A DNA stretch of 64,000 bases from a phage: the sequence record NC_102531.1; one strand, 5' to 3'. Position 1 is the stretch's first letter. Each line of letters opens with the position of its first letter. A program made the translations under genes and the position numbers. A model generated the notes under the pieces. That model was not told where the DNA came from, did not search any database, and saw only the letters and a list, made by a program, of their open reading frames with translations. This document shows, piece after piece, positions 37,639-46,693 of this stretch.

Positions 37639-37894
37639 TCTTGCTAAACCTGTAGAAGCACACCAGTTTGACGGAAGCTCTTCATCAGTATCTGATCTGC
37701 AACGGTGGATTGATACAGGTGTGTTTACATCGTCACCTGTTCGGACCAGAGATCTTCGTCGCATGTGTGAGCTTGTAGAGCCGTTTGGTAACCTAGTCTT
37801 GTACCATGGAGATTGGTTAGTTGACTTTATGGGAGACTGGTTGGTAATGAGTAAAGAAGAGATGTTTAAAATTTTTAAGGAAGAGGCCGAGTAA
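37625..37894 (+). CDS. hypothetical protein
   Basis: 89 aa ORF, overlapping neighbours. Confidence 0.3.
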   Translation: MPLFNLAKPVEAHQFDGSSSSVSDLQRWIDTGVFTSSPVRTRDLRRMCELVEPFGNLVLYHGDWLVDFMGDWLVMSKEEMFKIFKEEAE

Positions 37895-39177
37895 TGCATC
37901 AAATCAAAACAACACTGTACGCACTGAATAAAGATGGCAGCTACCAACAGTGGAAAGTATTCACGGATGGTGATAAGGTTATCGTAGAGTTTGGCAAGCT
38001 TGATGGTAAACTGCAATACAAAGAGACGATCTGCACACCTAAGAACGTGGGTCGCGCCAATGAAACTACAGCTGAGCAACAGGCCGAGCTGGAAGCGATC
38101 AGTAAGTGGGAAAAACAGGTCCGACTTGGGTACGTGGAGAGTATGGAAGATTGTGAGCAAGGTGTTGATCTTCTACCCATGTTGGTGCATGACTACCTGA
38201 AGCGTGGCAAGGCACTTAAATTACCTTGCTGGATCTTGCGTAAGTTAGATGGCCTTCGTCTACTTGTTGTTTTCCAGAATGGTGAGCCTAAATTTATTTC
38301 CCGTGGTAATAAGTCCTACCCTATTCAAGGGAAGCTTCTGGAGCAACTTCGCTCTTTCCACCTAACCACCGGGATTAAACAGCTCGACGGAGAGCTCTAT
38401 ATTCATGGTCTGCCTCTGCAGAAAATAGTATCTCTTGCTAAACGGTGGCGCACACAGGAAGAAATTCAGGCCGAGATCGATAAAGACTACGAGGCAGATA
38501 AAAAACGCCGTCAGGCTGCGATTAAAGCAGGTTTAGCAACATACAAAAACTTCAACAAGATGGACATTCCTGTTGATGTTGAGCCTGTTCGTGATGATTT
38601 GCGTTACGGAGGGTACTGCAGCTACGACTTAGAGTATCATATTTTCGATATTCCTAGCGATAAGGTGTGGTGGGATCCTGAAACAGAGTCTGGACGCTGT
38701 AAGGATCTTATGGAGGCAAATGGTGCTATTGCTTCTTTGATGCTTGATCATATTAAGGTTGTTGATGCAGAGCTTGCATACACAGTTGATCGGTGCGAAG
38801 AGTCTGTTGGTATATTTATGTCTGAGGGATATGAAGGTACCATTATGCGTAACTTCTGTGGTAAATATGAGTATGGTCAGCGAACATCTGAAGCATTGAA
38901 ATGGAAAAAGTTCAACGACGCAGAGGTGAAAGTTATTGACGTTGAGAAAGATAAGAATGATGAAGGTGTTCTTATCTGTGTTGACAAGGAAGGTGTTGTT
39001 GTTAAAATGAAGATGAAAGGCACGCACGAGGAGCGTAGCTATGACAGGATGCAGGAAATGATCGGCAAGTTTATCACCTTCAAATACCAAGCAAGGACAG
39101 AAGACAACAACTACCAATTCCCTGTCGGTATCTGCGTTCGAAATGTTAACCCAGACACTTGGGAGGTGCTGGAATGA
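37894..39177 (+). CDS. DNA ligase (KxDG nucleotidyltransferase; cofactor class unresolved)
   Basis: 427 aa; motif I LRKLDGLRLLVVF (KxDGxR) and downstream nucleotidyltransferase-like organisation. Confidence 0.55.
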   Translation: MHQIKTTLYALNKDGSYQQWKVFTDGDKVIVEFGKLDGKLQYKETICTPKNVGRANETTAEQQAELEAISKWEKQVRLGYVESMEDCEQGVDLLPMLVHDYLKRGKALKLPCWILRKLDGLRLLVVFQNGEPKFISRGNKSYPIQGKLLEQLRSFHLTTGIKQLDGELYIHGLPLQKIVSLAKRWRTQEEIQAEIDKDYEADKKRRQAAIKAGLATYKNFNKMDIPVDVEPVRDDLRYGGYCSYDLEYHIFDIPSDKVWWDPETESGRCKDLMEANGAIASLMLDHIKVVDAELAYTVDRCEESVGIFMSEGYEGTIMRNFCGKYEYGQRTSEALKWKKFNDAEVKVIDVEKDKNDEGVLICVDKEGVVVKMKMKGTHEERSYDRMQEMIGKFITFKYQARTEDNNYQFPVGICVRNVNPDTWEVLE

Positions 39178-39301
39178 TGTAGGAAGGTTCAGTAGGTAAC
39201 GGTAGCCAATTGAATGATGGTTTTTCAATTGGAACCTACATAACCACACCATGCAGTGTTGTTGATCGGGTTAGTTATGAGTAAACTGGAGAGTATGAAA
39301 A

Positions 39302-39772
39302 ATGAAACTTGATAAAAATGTTCAACGAAAAGCTTTCTTGGATATGATCGCATATTCGGAAGGCACAGATAATGGTAGACAACCTACCAAGGATCGGGGA
39401 TACGATGTCATAGTCGGAGGCAAGCTGTTCAGCGATTACAGCAAGCATCCCGGTGTTTACGTTAAGCTAAATGCTAAACTTACCTCCTCCGCTGCTGGGC
39501 GTTACCAGGTTTTGGAGAAGTTTGCTAAGCACTACATGAAACAGTTAGGATTACCAGATTTTGGCCCTGCCAGTCAGGACAAGATTGCGTTGCAACTGAT
39601 TCGTGAGTGCAAGGCTCTCGTCGACATTGACGAAGGGCGTATCCACGAAGCTATCCGCAAATGCCGTTCCCGCTGGGCTTCGTTACCCGGTGCCGGATAT
39701 GGTCAGCATGAACAGAAGATCGAGAAGTTGATCGAGGTGTTTAAAAAGGCAGGCGGCATTGTCCTGGATTGA
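39302..39772 (+). CDS. endolysin, lambda R-type lytic transglycosylase
   Basis: Near-collinear similarity to lambda R (QRKAFLDMIAYSEGTDNGRQ, GYDVIVGG, AAGRYQ, WASLPGAGYGQ). Confidence 0.85.
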   Translation: MKLDKNVQRKAFLDMIAYSEGTDNGRQPTKDRGYDVIVGGKLFSDYSKHPGVYVKLNAKLTSSAAGRYQVLEKFAKHYMKQLGLPDFGPASQDKIALQLIRECKALVDIDEGRIHEAIRKCRSRWASLPGAGYGQHEQKIEKLIEVFKKAGGIVLD

Positions 39773-39775
39773 TCA

Positions 39776-39804
39776 TTGACATAACCACACGGACGTGGTA
39801 TTGT
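39776..39804 (+). promoter_or_regulatory. sigma70-like promoter
   Basis: TTGACA - 17 nt - TATTGT upstream of the 39836 gene. Confidence 0.45.
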
Positions 39805-39835
39805 TGCCTTATGAAATGTTCAGTAGGGTTTAACC

Positions 39836-40042
39836 ATGAAAGATTTTCTGTTGGCAATTTTGTTCATGGCAGCATGTCTGGCCTGTGGTGTTGTGTTTGC
39901 AGGTGAAACAGCGTATCTTGTCGATGTATATCGGGACAATGGTAAACGTATTTGCCTTTATGAGACAAGTCAAGGTGAGCTATACGAGCTTGTGAAACAA
40001 GGCGAGGCTGGATCTTGTCCTCGGACTCACTTCTTCGAATAA
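39836..40042 (+). CDS. small secreted/lipoprotein-like protein
   Basis: 68 aa with N-terminal hydrophobic signal (LLAILFMAACLACGVVFA). Confidence 0.35.
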   Translation: MKDFLLAILFMAACLACGVVFAGETAYLVDVYRDNGKRICLYETSQGELYELVKQGEAGSCPRTHFFE

Positions 40043-40052
40043 GGTTGGTAAT

Positions 40053-40271
40053 ATGGCTTTAGAAGGCACCGATTATATTCACGATTACCGTGGGAGTGCA
40101 GTGTATGTAGGTGATACTGTTGCAGTATACTACGGTTATGGTTCCCTGGAAACAGCGAAGGTCATACAGATCAAGAATGACCGTGCTAGGCTTGAAGTTT
40201 ATTACTCTAATGGCGAAAGATCGATTTCTAAGTGGAAAGATGGTCATTGTATGGTCAAATTGGAGGACTGA
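40053..40271 (+). CDS. hypothetical protein
   Basis: 72 aa ORF. Confidence 0.3.
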   Translation: MALEGTDYIHDYRGSAVYVGDTVAVYYGYGSLETAKVIQIKNDRARLEVYYSNGERSISKWKDGHCMVKLED

Positions 40272-40735
40272 TGGAAGACGGACGTTTAATGAAGTCTGAA
40301 CGCAGGCTTATTGTGCAACTGATCCCAGAAACAGCTTGGTATAATAACCTCCGAAACGCTGTGAAGAAGAGTGAGTGGGATAAGATCCGTAAGAAGTGCT
40401 ACAGAGAAGCCAACTACACTTGTGAGGTGTGCGGCGGTAAAGGCAGCAAACATCCAGTGGAGTGTCATGAACTTTACACTTTCGAAGAGGGAGTGATCCG
40501 GCTTGTAGGACTGATAGCGTTGTGCCCAGATTGTCACACATCGGTACATCCTGGGTTAGCAAATATCCGTGGAAAGTATGCTCAGGCAGTTAGTCAGTTA
40601 GCTAAGGTGAATAAGATCACCAAGGGTATGGCAGAGGCGTATTACCGAGACTGCTTTGCAGAGTGGCGTGAGCTTAGTAAAGTTCCAGAATGGAAGACTG
40701 ACTTTTCGTGGATAGAGGGTTACCTTGATGGCTAA
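40271..40735 (+). CDS. HNH-type nuclease-like protein
   Basis: CEVCGGKGSKHPVECHE...LCPDCHTSVH (CxxC...H...CxxCH); likely start at internal Met MEDGRL after GGAGG. Confidence 0.4.
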   Translation: MEDGRLMKSERRLIVQLIPETAWYNNLRNAVKKSEWDKIRKKCYREANYTCEVCGGKGSKHPVECHELYTFEEGVIRLVGLIALCPDCHTSVHPGLANIRGKYAQAVSQLAKVNKITKGMAEAYYRDCFAEWRELSKVPEWKTDFSWIEGYLDG

Positions 40736-41018
40736 GAGACCTGTAAAAGAGAAATTCGATAAGACAGCTTTTGTATTCGATACACCTCTGGACGATATCA
40801 TCAGAGGTATGCAAGCCTTGTATCGGAAGGCTGAATCTGAGCAGTTGTCTGAATCAGAACTTTACTGGCTTAGTTGGTGGGAGTTAAACCTGCCTAAAGC
40901 TGAAAGTTCTTGTCTGAGAACTGTTAAAACGTGCGCCCAAGAAAACGCTGCACTTGGAATCTACCACAAAAGGAAAAGATCAACAAAAAGCTCTCCAAGA
41001 AAGACTAAAAAGTCTTGA
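40725..41018 (+). CDS. hypothetical protein
   Basis: 97 aa ORF. Confidence 0.3.
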   Translation: MMAKRPVKEKFDKTAFVFDTPLDDIIRGMQALYRKAESEQLSESELYWLSWWELNLPKAESSCLRTVKTCAQENAALGIYHKRKRSTKSSPRKTKKS

Positions 41019-41044
41019 CAAAAGTGTTATTAATCTGATATTAT
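41015..41044 (+). promoter_or_regulatory. sigma70-like promoter
   Basis: TTGACA - 18 nt - TATTAT upstream of the 41078 gene. Confidence 0.5.
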
Positions 41045-41077
41045 CGGTCAGATATCTATAAACTAGGAGAACTAGAT

Positions 41078-41386
41078 ATGCTTAAAATTTTTATTGTTGA
41101 AGATAAAGATATTGTCCAGTTGTATGCAAACGAGAATCATAAAGGTATGATTCTGAAGAAGGCAAGCAACCTTCATGAAAACACAATTCAACCTGGCGAT
41201 GTAATTAAGATCTGTGGTTATATGATACCAGACTCCTTGATGAAAATAACCCACCACTGGGGGTCTAATCCGTTCCTTTTTGAAAAGTATTGGGATGTTG
41301 AGTCACTTATTGCAGAGAGTGATGATGCATTCCATTACAGCATCCAACCATCTTGCAGAATAACTAACAGGAGGGTCTTTGAGTAG
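41078..41386 (+). CDS. hypothetical protein
   Basis: 102 aa ORF with RBS AGGAGA. Confidence 0.35.
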   Translation: MLKIFIVEDKDIVQLYANENHKGMILKKASNLHENTIQPGDVIKICGYMIPDSLMKITHHWGSNPFLFEKYWDVESLIAESDDAFHYSIQPSCRITNRRVFE

Positions 41387-42518
41387 AGAATATCCACTTA
41401 TTGAGTCCATAGATTGTCTGGCTGATCTTCTTGAACCTGACGCTATAGTTTATTATGACTTCGATCAGGTTGCATATCAAGCTGCAGCAAGTTGTGAAAA
41501 AAGGACAATTGAGGTAACACACAAAGCCTCCGGACGTAAGAAGATGTTTAAAACACGAACAGAGTTCTGGGGGCGGCAGAAGAACACCGTTGGTGGTTGG
41601 TTAAAAGCTGAGAATACCAACCGTGAAGCTGCATGTAAAAAGGCTGGCAAGGAGTTTATTCCGTGGACACGAGAAGATTTCGATGTCTTGGATATCCAAA
41701 CCCCTGATCCTGTAGAGAACTGCTTGCACACAATTAAGTGTAAAGCTAATGCAGTCCTTAATTATCTCGGTATTCCGGAAGATCGGTGCGTGGGGGTACT
41801 TGGAGGCACAGGTAATTTCAGACTAGATCTTCCCATGCCGGAAAGATATAAAGCCAACCGTAACAATACTCTTCGACCACTGCTGCTTGGAGATGCAAGA
41901 CAGTATCTCCAAAAGCAGTATAATGCTCAAGTGATCAACGGTATCGAGGCTGACGACTGGTTAGCTATCCAGCAATTTGAAGGTTGGAATCACTACCAAA
42001 AAACAGGTAAGTTCAACAAGTTTATTATCTCTATTGATAAGGACCAAAGAACACTACCGGGGCTTGTGTTCGATCCTATGCGAAACGATAAGGGGGATTT
42101 TGTAAGGGAAACCCCTATGCTGATCGATAACGGTATGGGGAACATCTTCATGAAGCCTAATGGAGAGGTTGGTGGTTACGGAATGCTGTTCTTCGGATAC
42201 CAAATGCTGTGTGGTGACTCTGCTGACAACATCAAGCCGTATCAAGGACTTATCGGTAAGGGTAAGTTCGGAGATGCCTCAGCATTCTACCTACTGTCTC
42301 AGTGCAGCACTCCAAAGGAGATGTGGGTGGCTATTATTGATCAGTACAAGAAGTGGTTCCCGAAAGGTGTTGTTAAGTATACTGACTTCAATGGTATTGA
42401 TCGTAGAATTTCCGTAGGTCAATGGATGAGTATAATTTTTGACTGTTTGTATATGAAGCGAACATTCAATGATCAAACAAAACTTGTTAACGTTCTTAGA
42501 AATGTTGGAGCAATTTGA
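41379..42518 (+). CDS. 5'-3' exonuclease / flap endonuclease (FEN, T5 D15 / RNase H-like)
   Basis: LCGDSADNIKPYQGLIGKGKF matches the GDxSDNIPG...GxGxKTA helix-hairpin-helix signature; acidic ISIDKDQ motif. Confidence 0.65.
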   Translation: MSREYPLIESIDCLADLLEPDAIVYYDFDQVAYQAAASCEKRTIEVTHKASGRKKMFKTRTEFWGRQKNTVGGWLKAENTNREAACKKAGKEFIPWTREDFDVLDIQTPDPVENCLHTIKCKANAVLNYLGIPEDRCVGVLGGTGNFRLDLPMPERYKANRNNTLRPLLLGDARQYLQKQYNAQVINGIEADDWLAIQQFEGWNHYQKTGKFNKFIISIDKDQRTLPGLVFDPMRNDKGDFVRETPMLIDNGMGNIFMKPNGEVGGYGMLFFGYQMLCGDSADNIKPYQGLIGKGKFGDASAFYLLSQCSTPKEMWVAIIDQYKKWFPKGVVKYTDFNGIDRRISVGQWMSIIFDCLYMKRTFNDQTKLVNVLRNVGAI

Positions 42519-42850
42519 TGACTAAAAATTCTGTAGATAACGCAATTATGGAAGCTGTTTTTGAGGATGATCACACAACAGGGACACTTAAAACAAAAAA
42601 TACATTCGTTGTTGCCACAGGTATGTGGCGGTTGTACGAAGATGACACCATTTCATACATCCTGTACACGGATGATTACGCAGATGACCGTGTATGGTCT
42701 GCTGTTTTAAAAGAGGATTGTGAGCTGATTGAGGGCGAGCGGTTATGCATGTTCACCAGTGTGGAAACAGATGTTAAGCTTTGCTCTCTCGTCTTGTTCA
42801 AAGATAAGGCTTATGCTCCTGATGAAGGAGAGGAGGATGAGGAAGCATGA
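42515..42850 (+). CDS. hypothetical acidic protein
   Basis: 111 aa ORF, C-terminal EGEEDEEA. Confidence 0.3.
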   Translation: MMTKNSVDNAIMEAVFEDDHTTGTLKTKNTFVVATGMWRLYEDDTISYILYTDDYADDRVWSAVLKEDCELIEGERLCMFTSVETDVKLCSLVLFKDKAYAPDEGEEDEEA

Positions 42851-43476
42851 GAGAGCGTCTATTATCCATAGACCAGTCGTTGACACACACAGCTTGCGTT
42901 GTATGGGACGATGGAAAGCCTGTTCATAAGGTTGTGTTACGAACTCAAAGCTCATCTGCAAAAGAGAAGAAACCAGGGACGGTTTCTTTTGCAACAGCTG
43001 CTGAGCGTATTGACTGGATCTGCAAACAGGTCAGATATTATATCCACACGCACGGCGTTGACACCGTAGTTATGGAAGGGCTTTCCTTTGGATCACGCGG
43101 GGATGCCACACGTGAACTGGCCGGGTTGTTTTACGGTCTTGAAATTATGCTTTGGGATGCCTTAGCTGATTGTGCAAATGACGGCCTGTTTAAGGTCCAC
43201 ACAGTGACACCAACAACCGCCAAAAAGTTTGCTCGCAGTCATCTTCCTGAAGAACTTGCTTTTGAGGAGAAGAAAAAGCTTGACAAAAAGACAGGTAAAG
43301 AGCATACTGTGAAGAAACCTGTTACAATGGATAAAAAGTTGATGGTTAAGGCCTGCGAAGTATCTGAACCTGGGTTCCTAGACGGAATCAATTTGGTACA
43401 AGGTAAGGCCGATCTCGCAGATGCTTATTGGATAGGCAGGGCTCATCTGGAGGGATTATCGCAAAGCGTAAAATAA
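42847..43476 (+). CDS. RuvC-like Holliday junction resolvase
   Basis: N-terminal LLSIDQSLTHTACVVWD and VVMEGLSFGSRGDATRELAGL match the RuvC-fold catalytic motifs. Confidence 0.5.
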   Translation: MRERLLSIDQSLTHTACVVWDDGKPVHKVVLRTQSSSAKEKKPGTVSFATAAERIDWICKQVRYYIHTHGVDTVVMEGLSFGSRGDATRELAGLFYGLEIMLWDALADCANDGLFKVHTVTPTTAKKFARSHLPEELAFEEKKKLDKKTGKEHTVKKPVTMDKKLMVKACEVSEPGFLDGINLVQGKADLADAYWIGRAHLEGLSQSVK

Positions 43477-44033
43477 GAAAGAAAGCTGTCAAAGCCCCAG
43501 TTCATAACGGGTGGTTAAAAGATTCTAAGGACATAGCCAACTTTCGAAAAGAATTGTCAGAGGAGCAGGATGGTCTTGATCCGATCTTGTGCGAGCCACT
43601 TCGTAAGCCTTGTTTAGATCATGATCATCTGACTGGTCGTTGCAGGGGTGTTTTGTCTCAATGCACTAATACCTTTGAGGGGTATGTGCTTAAATACTGG
43701 ATGAAATACTGTAACGAGTATACAGATTGCAGTTTATCAGAGGCGTTGCGCCGGATGGCTGACTATTTGGAGAAAGACTACAGCGACTTCCCGCTCCACA
43801 AAAACTACAGAGATGATATGACAAAGTTCTTGAGGAGATGCTCTAAAGCTACGATTATTGCACGAGCAGAATCTGATCTCAATCTTGTCATTAATCCAGA
43901 GTGCACCAAGCATGAGGCTATTGAGTTCTACATGCAGGAGTTTATAAAGAAAACTGAGGAGAGAGATTTCTATGGGGATGAAAAAGGTATTCAATCCTTG
44001 CGACTCAGTCCTGATCAGGATGAAATACCGTAA
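43428..44033 (+). CDS. Endonuclease VII-like HNH endonuclease (free-standing)
   Basis: PCLDHDHLTGRCRGVLSQCTN matches the EndoVII His-Me finger; start uncertain (overlaps RuvC-like gene end). Confidence 0.5.
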   Translation: MDRQGSSGGIIAKRKIRKKAVKAPVHNGWLKDSKDIANFRKELSEEQDGLDPILCEPLRKPCLDHDHLTGRCRGVLSQCTNTFEGYVLKYWMKYCNEYTDCSLSEALRRMADYLEKDYSDFPLHKNYRDDMTKFLRRCSKATIIARAESDLNLVINPECTKHEAIEFYMQEFIKKTEERDFYGDEKGIQSLRLSPDQDEIP

Positions 44034-44193
44034 CTGGAAAGGTGTTGTTGCAGATCGCTGCGTTACTGAGCCTAATTTATGGTTTGGCTCTACAGAGTAT
44101 CATAAAGAAGAGCAGTGGTTGATGCATGCCTTTGATGTAGACAAGGGCGAATATCGTGACTTCGCTTTAAAAGACATTCTTCAGTTTTACTAA
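43972..44193 (+). CDS. hypothetical protein
   Basis: 73 aa ORF overlapping the previous gene; may be spurious. Confidence 0.2.
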   Translation: MGMKKVFNPCDSVLIRMKYRNWKGVVADRCVTEPNLWFGSTEYHKEEQWLMHAFDVDKGEYRDFALKDILQFY

Positions 44194-44199
44194 GGAATC

Positions 44200-45189
44200 T
44201 TGACGATGATGACAAAGTTAACTCTTGAGCAAATTTTAACACTAAAGCAACAGGGATACACTAATAGACAAATTGCTCGTGAATTTTTAGGCCGTGAGTC
44301 ACGTGAGAGCTGGATCCGACTACAGCTTAAACGTGCACAAGAGAATATGTCAGAGATTGTAGGAGAAGCAACGGAGCGCTTCCTTGAAGAGCACAAAGGT
44401 GCTAAAGTTTGGGTGTATGATACAGAAACATCCCCAACAAACGGCTGGTTCTTTGGGCACTATAAGACCAACATTCAAACCTGTGGTATTGAAGTTATGC
44501 CCTATATGCTAACTTTCGCAGGTAAGTGGTTAGACAGCCCTAGTGTGGTTGACTGCGCTCTTCCCGATTACAAAATGTGGGATGAGGATATTCACAATGA
44601 TCTCGAATTGATTCAGGATTTGTGGTATTATCTGGATAAATGTGATGTCGCAGTAGCCCACAATTCAGGTTTTGACTGCGGGTGGGCCAACCAACGATTT
44701 GCATTTCACGGGTTGCCTCCAACAAGCCCCTACAAAGAGGTTGACACCCTTAAAATGATCAAGAAGGCATTCCGTTTGAATGCAAACACTTTGGAGTATG
44801 CATGCAAATACTTCCAACTTGCCCGACAGAAACTGATTGACCACACATTTGAAATGTGGATCAAGTGTGTTCACGGTGACCTTGAGGCGTTTAAACAGAT
44901 GCGGGAGTACAATGTTGGTGATATCTTGTCTCTGGAAGGCCTGTATTTGCTGGCTCGCCCGTTTACTAAGCAGCACCCAAATATGTCATTGTACTATCAA
45001 GACGAGGAGCCAAAAGTTCGTTGTCCACGCTGTGGTGGAGAACACCTTCACGAGGAAGAAGCTTTGGCGTATACTCAACTGAGCGCATTTAAAACATACC
45101 GCTGCGAAGGTTGTGGATCTGTTGTTCGTGATCGTAACAACATCCGTACCAGAGAAGAAATGAAAAACACCCTGATTCAGATAATCTAA
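44200..45189 (+). CDS. DEDDh 3'-5' exonuclease with C-terminal zinc ribbon
   Basis: VYDTETS (Exo I), AHNSGFD (Exo III, DEDDh type), C-terminal CPRCGG...CEGCG. Confidence 0.5.
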   Translation: MTMMTKLTLEQILTLKQQGYTNRQIAREFLGRESRESWIRLQLKRAQENMSEIVGEATERFLEEHKGAKVWVYDTETSPTNGWFFGHYKTNIQTCGIEVMPYMLTFAGKWLDSPSVVDCALPDYKMWDEDIHNDLELIQDLWYYLDKCDVAVAHNSGFDCGWANQRFAFHGLPPTSPYKEVDTLKMIKKAFRLNANTLEYACKYFQLARQKLIDHTFEMWIKCVHGDLEAFKQMREYNVGDILSLEGLYLLARPFTKQHPNMSLYYQDEEPKVRCPRCGGEHLHEEEALAYTQLSAFKTYRCEGCGSVVRDRNNIRTREEMKNTLIQII

Positions 45190-45197
45190 CAATTATA

Positions 45198-45225
45198 GGG
45201 AGGCTTGTGCCTCCCTTTTCCTTTT
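45198..45225 (+). terminator. rho-independent terminator (plus strand)
   Basis: Hairpin GGGAGGC-TTGT-GCCTCCC followed by TTTTCCTTTT right after exonuclease stop. Confidence 0.6.
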
Positions 45226-45234
45226 GGAGGCACT

Positions 45235-46053
45235 TTGAGCAAGAAAGAGTCCAACGACAAATATTACACAAACCCTGAGTATGCAGAATATCTTGTTGAT
45301 AAAGTAAAAGATAAGTATGGGAATTGTGCATACGTTGAGCCTTCTGCTGGAAGGGGTTCTTTTTCAAAACTATTTTCAGAGATACTGTCGTACGATTTAG
45401 TACCAGATCCTGAATTTGAAGGACCAACACCATGCATTCAGGCAAACTTCTTGGAGGTGCATCCCAAGGCAGATGTCTTCATAGGTAACCCACCATTTGG
45501 CAAGAATTCATCCTTAGCTTGCAAATTCTTTAACCATTGTGCATCATTGCTAGAGCTTGGAGGGGCTATAGCCTTCATCTTGCCACGGACATTTGAAAAA
45601 ATATTTTTTGCAAACAAACTGGACATGTCGATGCACCTTGTCTACAGTGAAAGGTGCCCTAAGAACTCGTTTTTACTTAATGGCAAACCTTATGACGTGC
45701 CATGTGTTTTCCAAATTTGGGAGAAAAAGGCGTGCAATAGGGATCCTGTAGAGATTGGAGAGAATAAGTTATTTTCTTTTAGCACACCAGATGACTACGA
45801 CTTCTGTGTAAGACGTGTTGGGTATAATGCTGGAAAAGTATTGGGGGAGGATGATCCAAAATCTGAAGAATCTACATATTTCATAAAATCTTTAGTTGAC
45901 GGTGTTGACAGAGTGTTTGCTGAATGCTATTCTTCTTTTCAAGAAGAAGCAGGTAAGACTGCTGGAATGAAGAGTATAGGCAAGAAAGAACTACAATACA
46001 TTTTGGAGACCCGGTATGATCAAAAGCATAGACTTGACCAAAGAACTTACTGA
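45235..46053 (+). CDS. DNA N6-adenine methyltransferase
   Basis: VEPSAGRGSF (AdoMet-binding) and IGNPPFG (catalytic NPPF); start set at TTG after GGAGG because the ORF-track start lies inside the terminator hairpin. Confidence 0.55.
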   Translation: MSKKESNDKYYTNPEYAEYLVDKVKDKYGNCAYVEPSAGRGSFSKLFSEILSYDLVPDPEFEGPTPCIQANFLEVHPKADVFIGNPPFGKNSSLACKFFNHCASLLELGGAIAFILPRTFEKIFFANKLDMSMHLVYSERCPKNSFLLNGKPYDVPCVFQIWEKKACNRDPVEIGENKLFSFSTPDDYDFCVRRVGYNAGKVLGEDDPKSEESTYFIKSLVDGVDRVFAECYSSFQEEAGKTAGMKSIGKKELQYILETRYDQKHRLDQRTY

Positions 46054-46474
46054 TGCAAAAGCTTTTGGTGAGACAGCGGTACAAAGGGGGCAGGCGATGG
46101 GACTGGCACTACCTTTCGTCTTAAAAGAGCACTTTACAGATTTTCAACTTATCAAAGGTGATAAGGGAATTCTTATCCTGGAGCATAAGTTGAGTAAGAA
46201 ACGCTATAAAGTCGTTTTTAATTCTAAAGCTCCAACAAAACTGGGATTCAGAACTTACAATCTTAACCCATCCTACACTAAGGGTGTTGGAAGGGTAGAA
46301 CAACAGCATTTCAGTGCCAGAGCTTCTTTAGCTCCTTTGATGCTAAATTTCTCAGGGGTGGCTTTAGGATACCTTGATAAGAAAAGAGTTCTTCATGTTC
46401 GTTTCACAGACTTTGTAACGCTTTTAGCTAACAATGAGGTTGATGAAAAGGGACGTGTAAAAACAAACTTCTAA
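46016..46474 (+). CDS. hypothetical protein
   Basis: 152 aa ORF. Confidence 0.3.
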   Translation: MIKSIDLTKELTDAKAFGETAVQRGQAMGLALPFVLKEHFTDFQLIKGDKGILILEHKLSKKRYKVVFNSKAPTKLGFRTYNLNPSYTKGVGRVEQQHFSARASLAPLMLNFSGVALGYLDKKRVLHVRFTDFVTLLANNEVDEKGRVKTNF

Positions 46475-46489
46475 TAACGCATAGTATGA

Positions 46490-46693
46490 TTGGAGACCGA
46501 AATGACACTAGAGTTAACAATTCCAGACAGCTTTTCAGAAAACTTTATCCCAGAAATGATGAGTAAGATGCGATCATTGCTTGATCAGATTGAGGAAGCT
46601 GTTTGGGAAGACGATGCTGTAGTGGCTAACGAGCTGGTAGATAAGTGTAAAAGTATTATTGATGCAGTTGAAGAATACCACGGAGGTTTTTGA
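46490..46693 (+). CDS. hypothetical acidic protein
   Basis: 67 aa ORF. Confidence 0.3.
   Translation: METEMTLELTIPDSFSENFIPEMMSKMRSLLDQIEEAVWEDDAVVANELVDKCKSIIDAVEEYHGGF

Noticed and set aside
39180-39240. Hairpin CCAATTGAA...TTCAATTGG after the DNA ligase gene as a terminator
   Set aside because: The loop is 11 nt and there is no following T-run; kept only as a possible regulatory hairpin.
45205-45234. ORF-track start of the methyltransferase at 45205
   Set aside because: That alternative start codon lies inside the stem of the terminator hairpin following the exonuclease gene; a TTG at about 45235 after GGAGG is more plausible.
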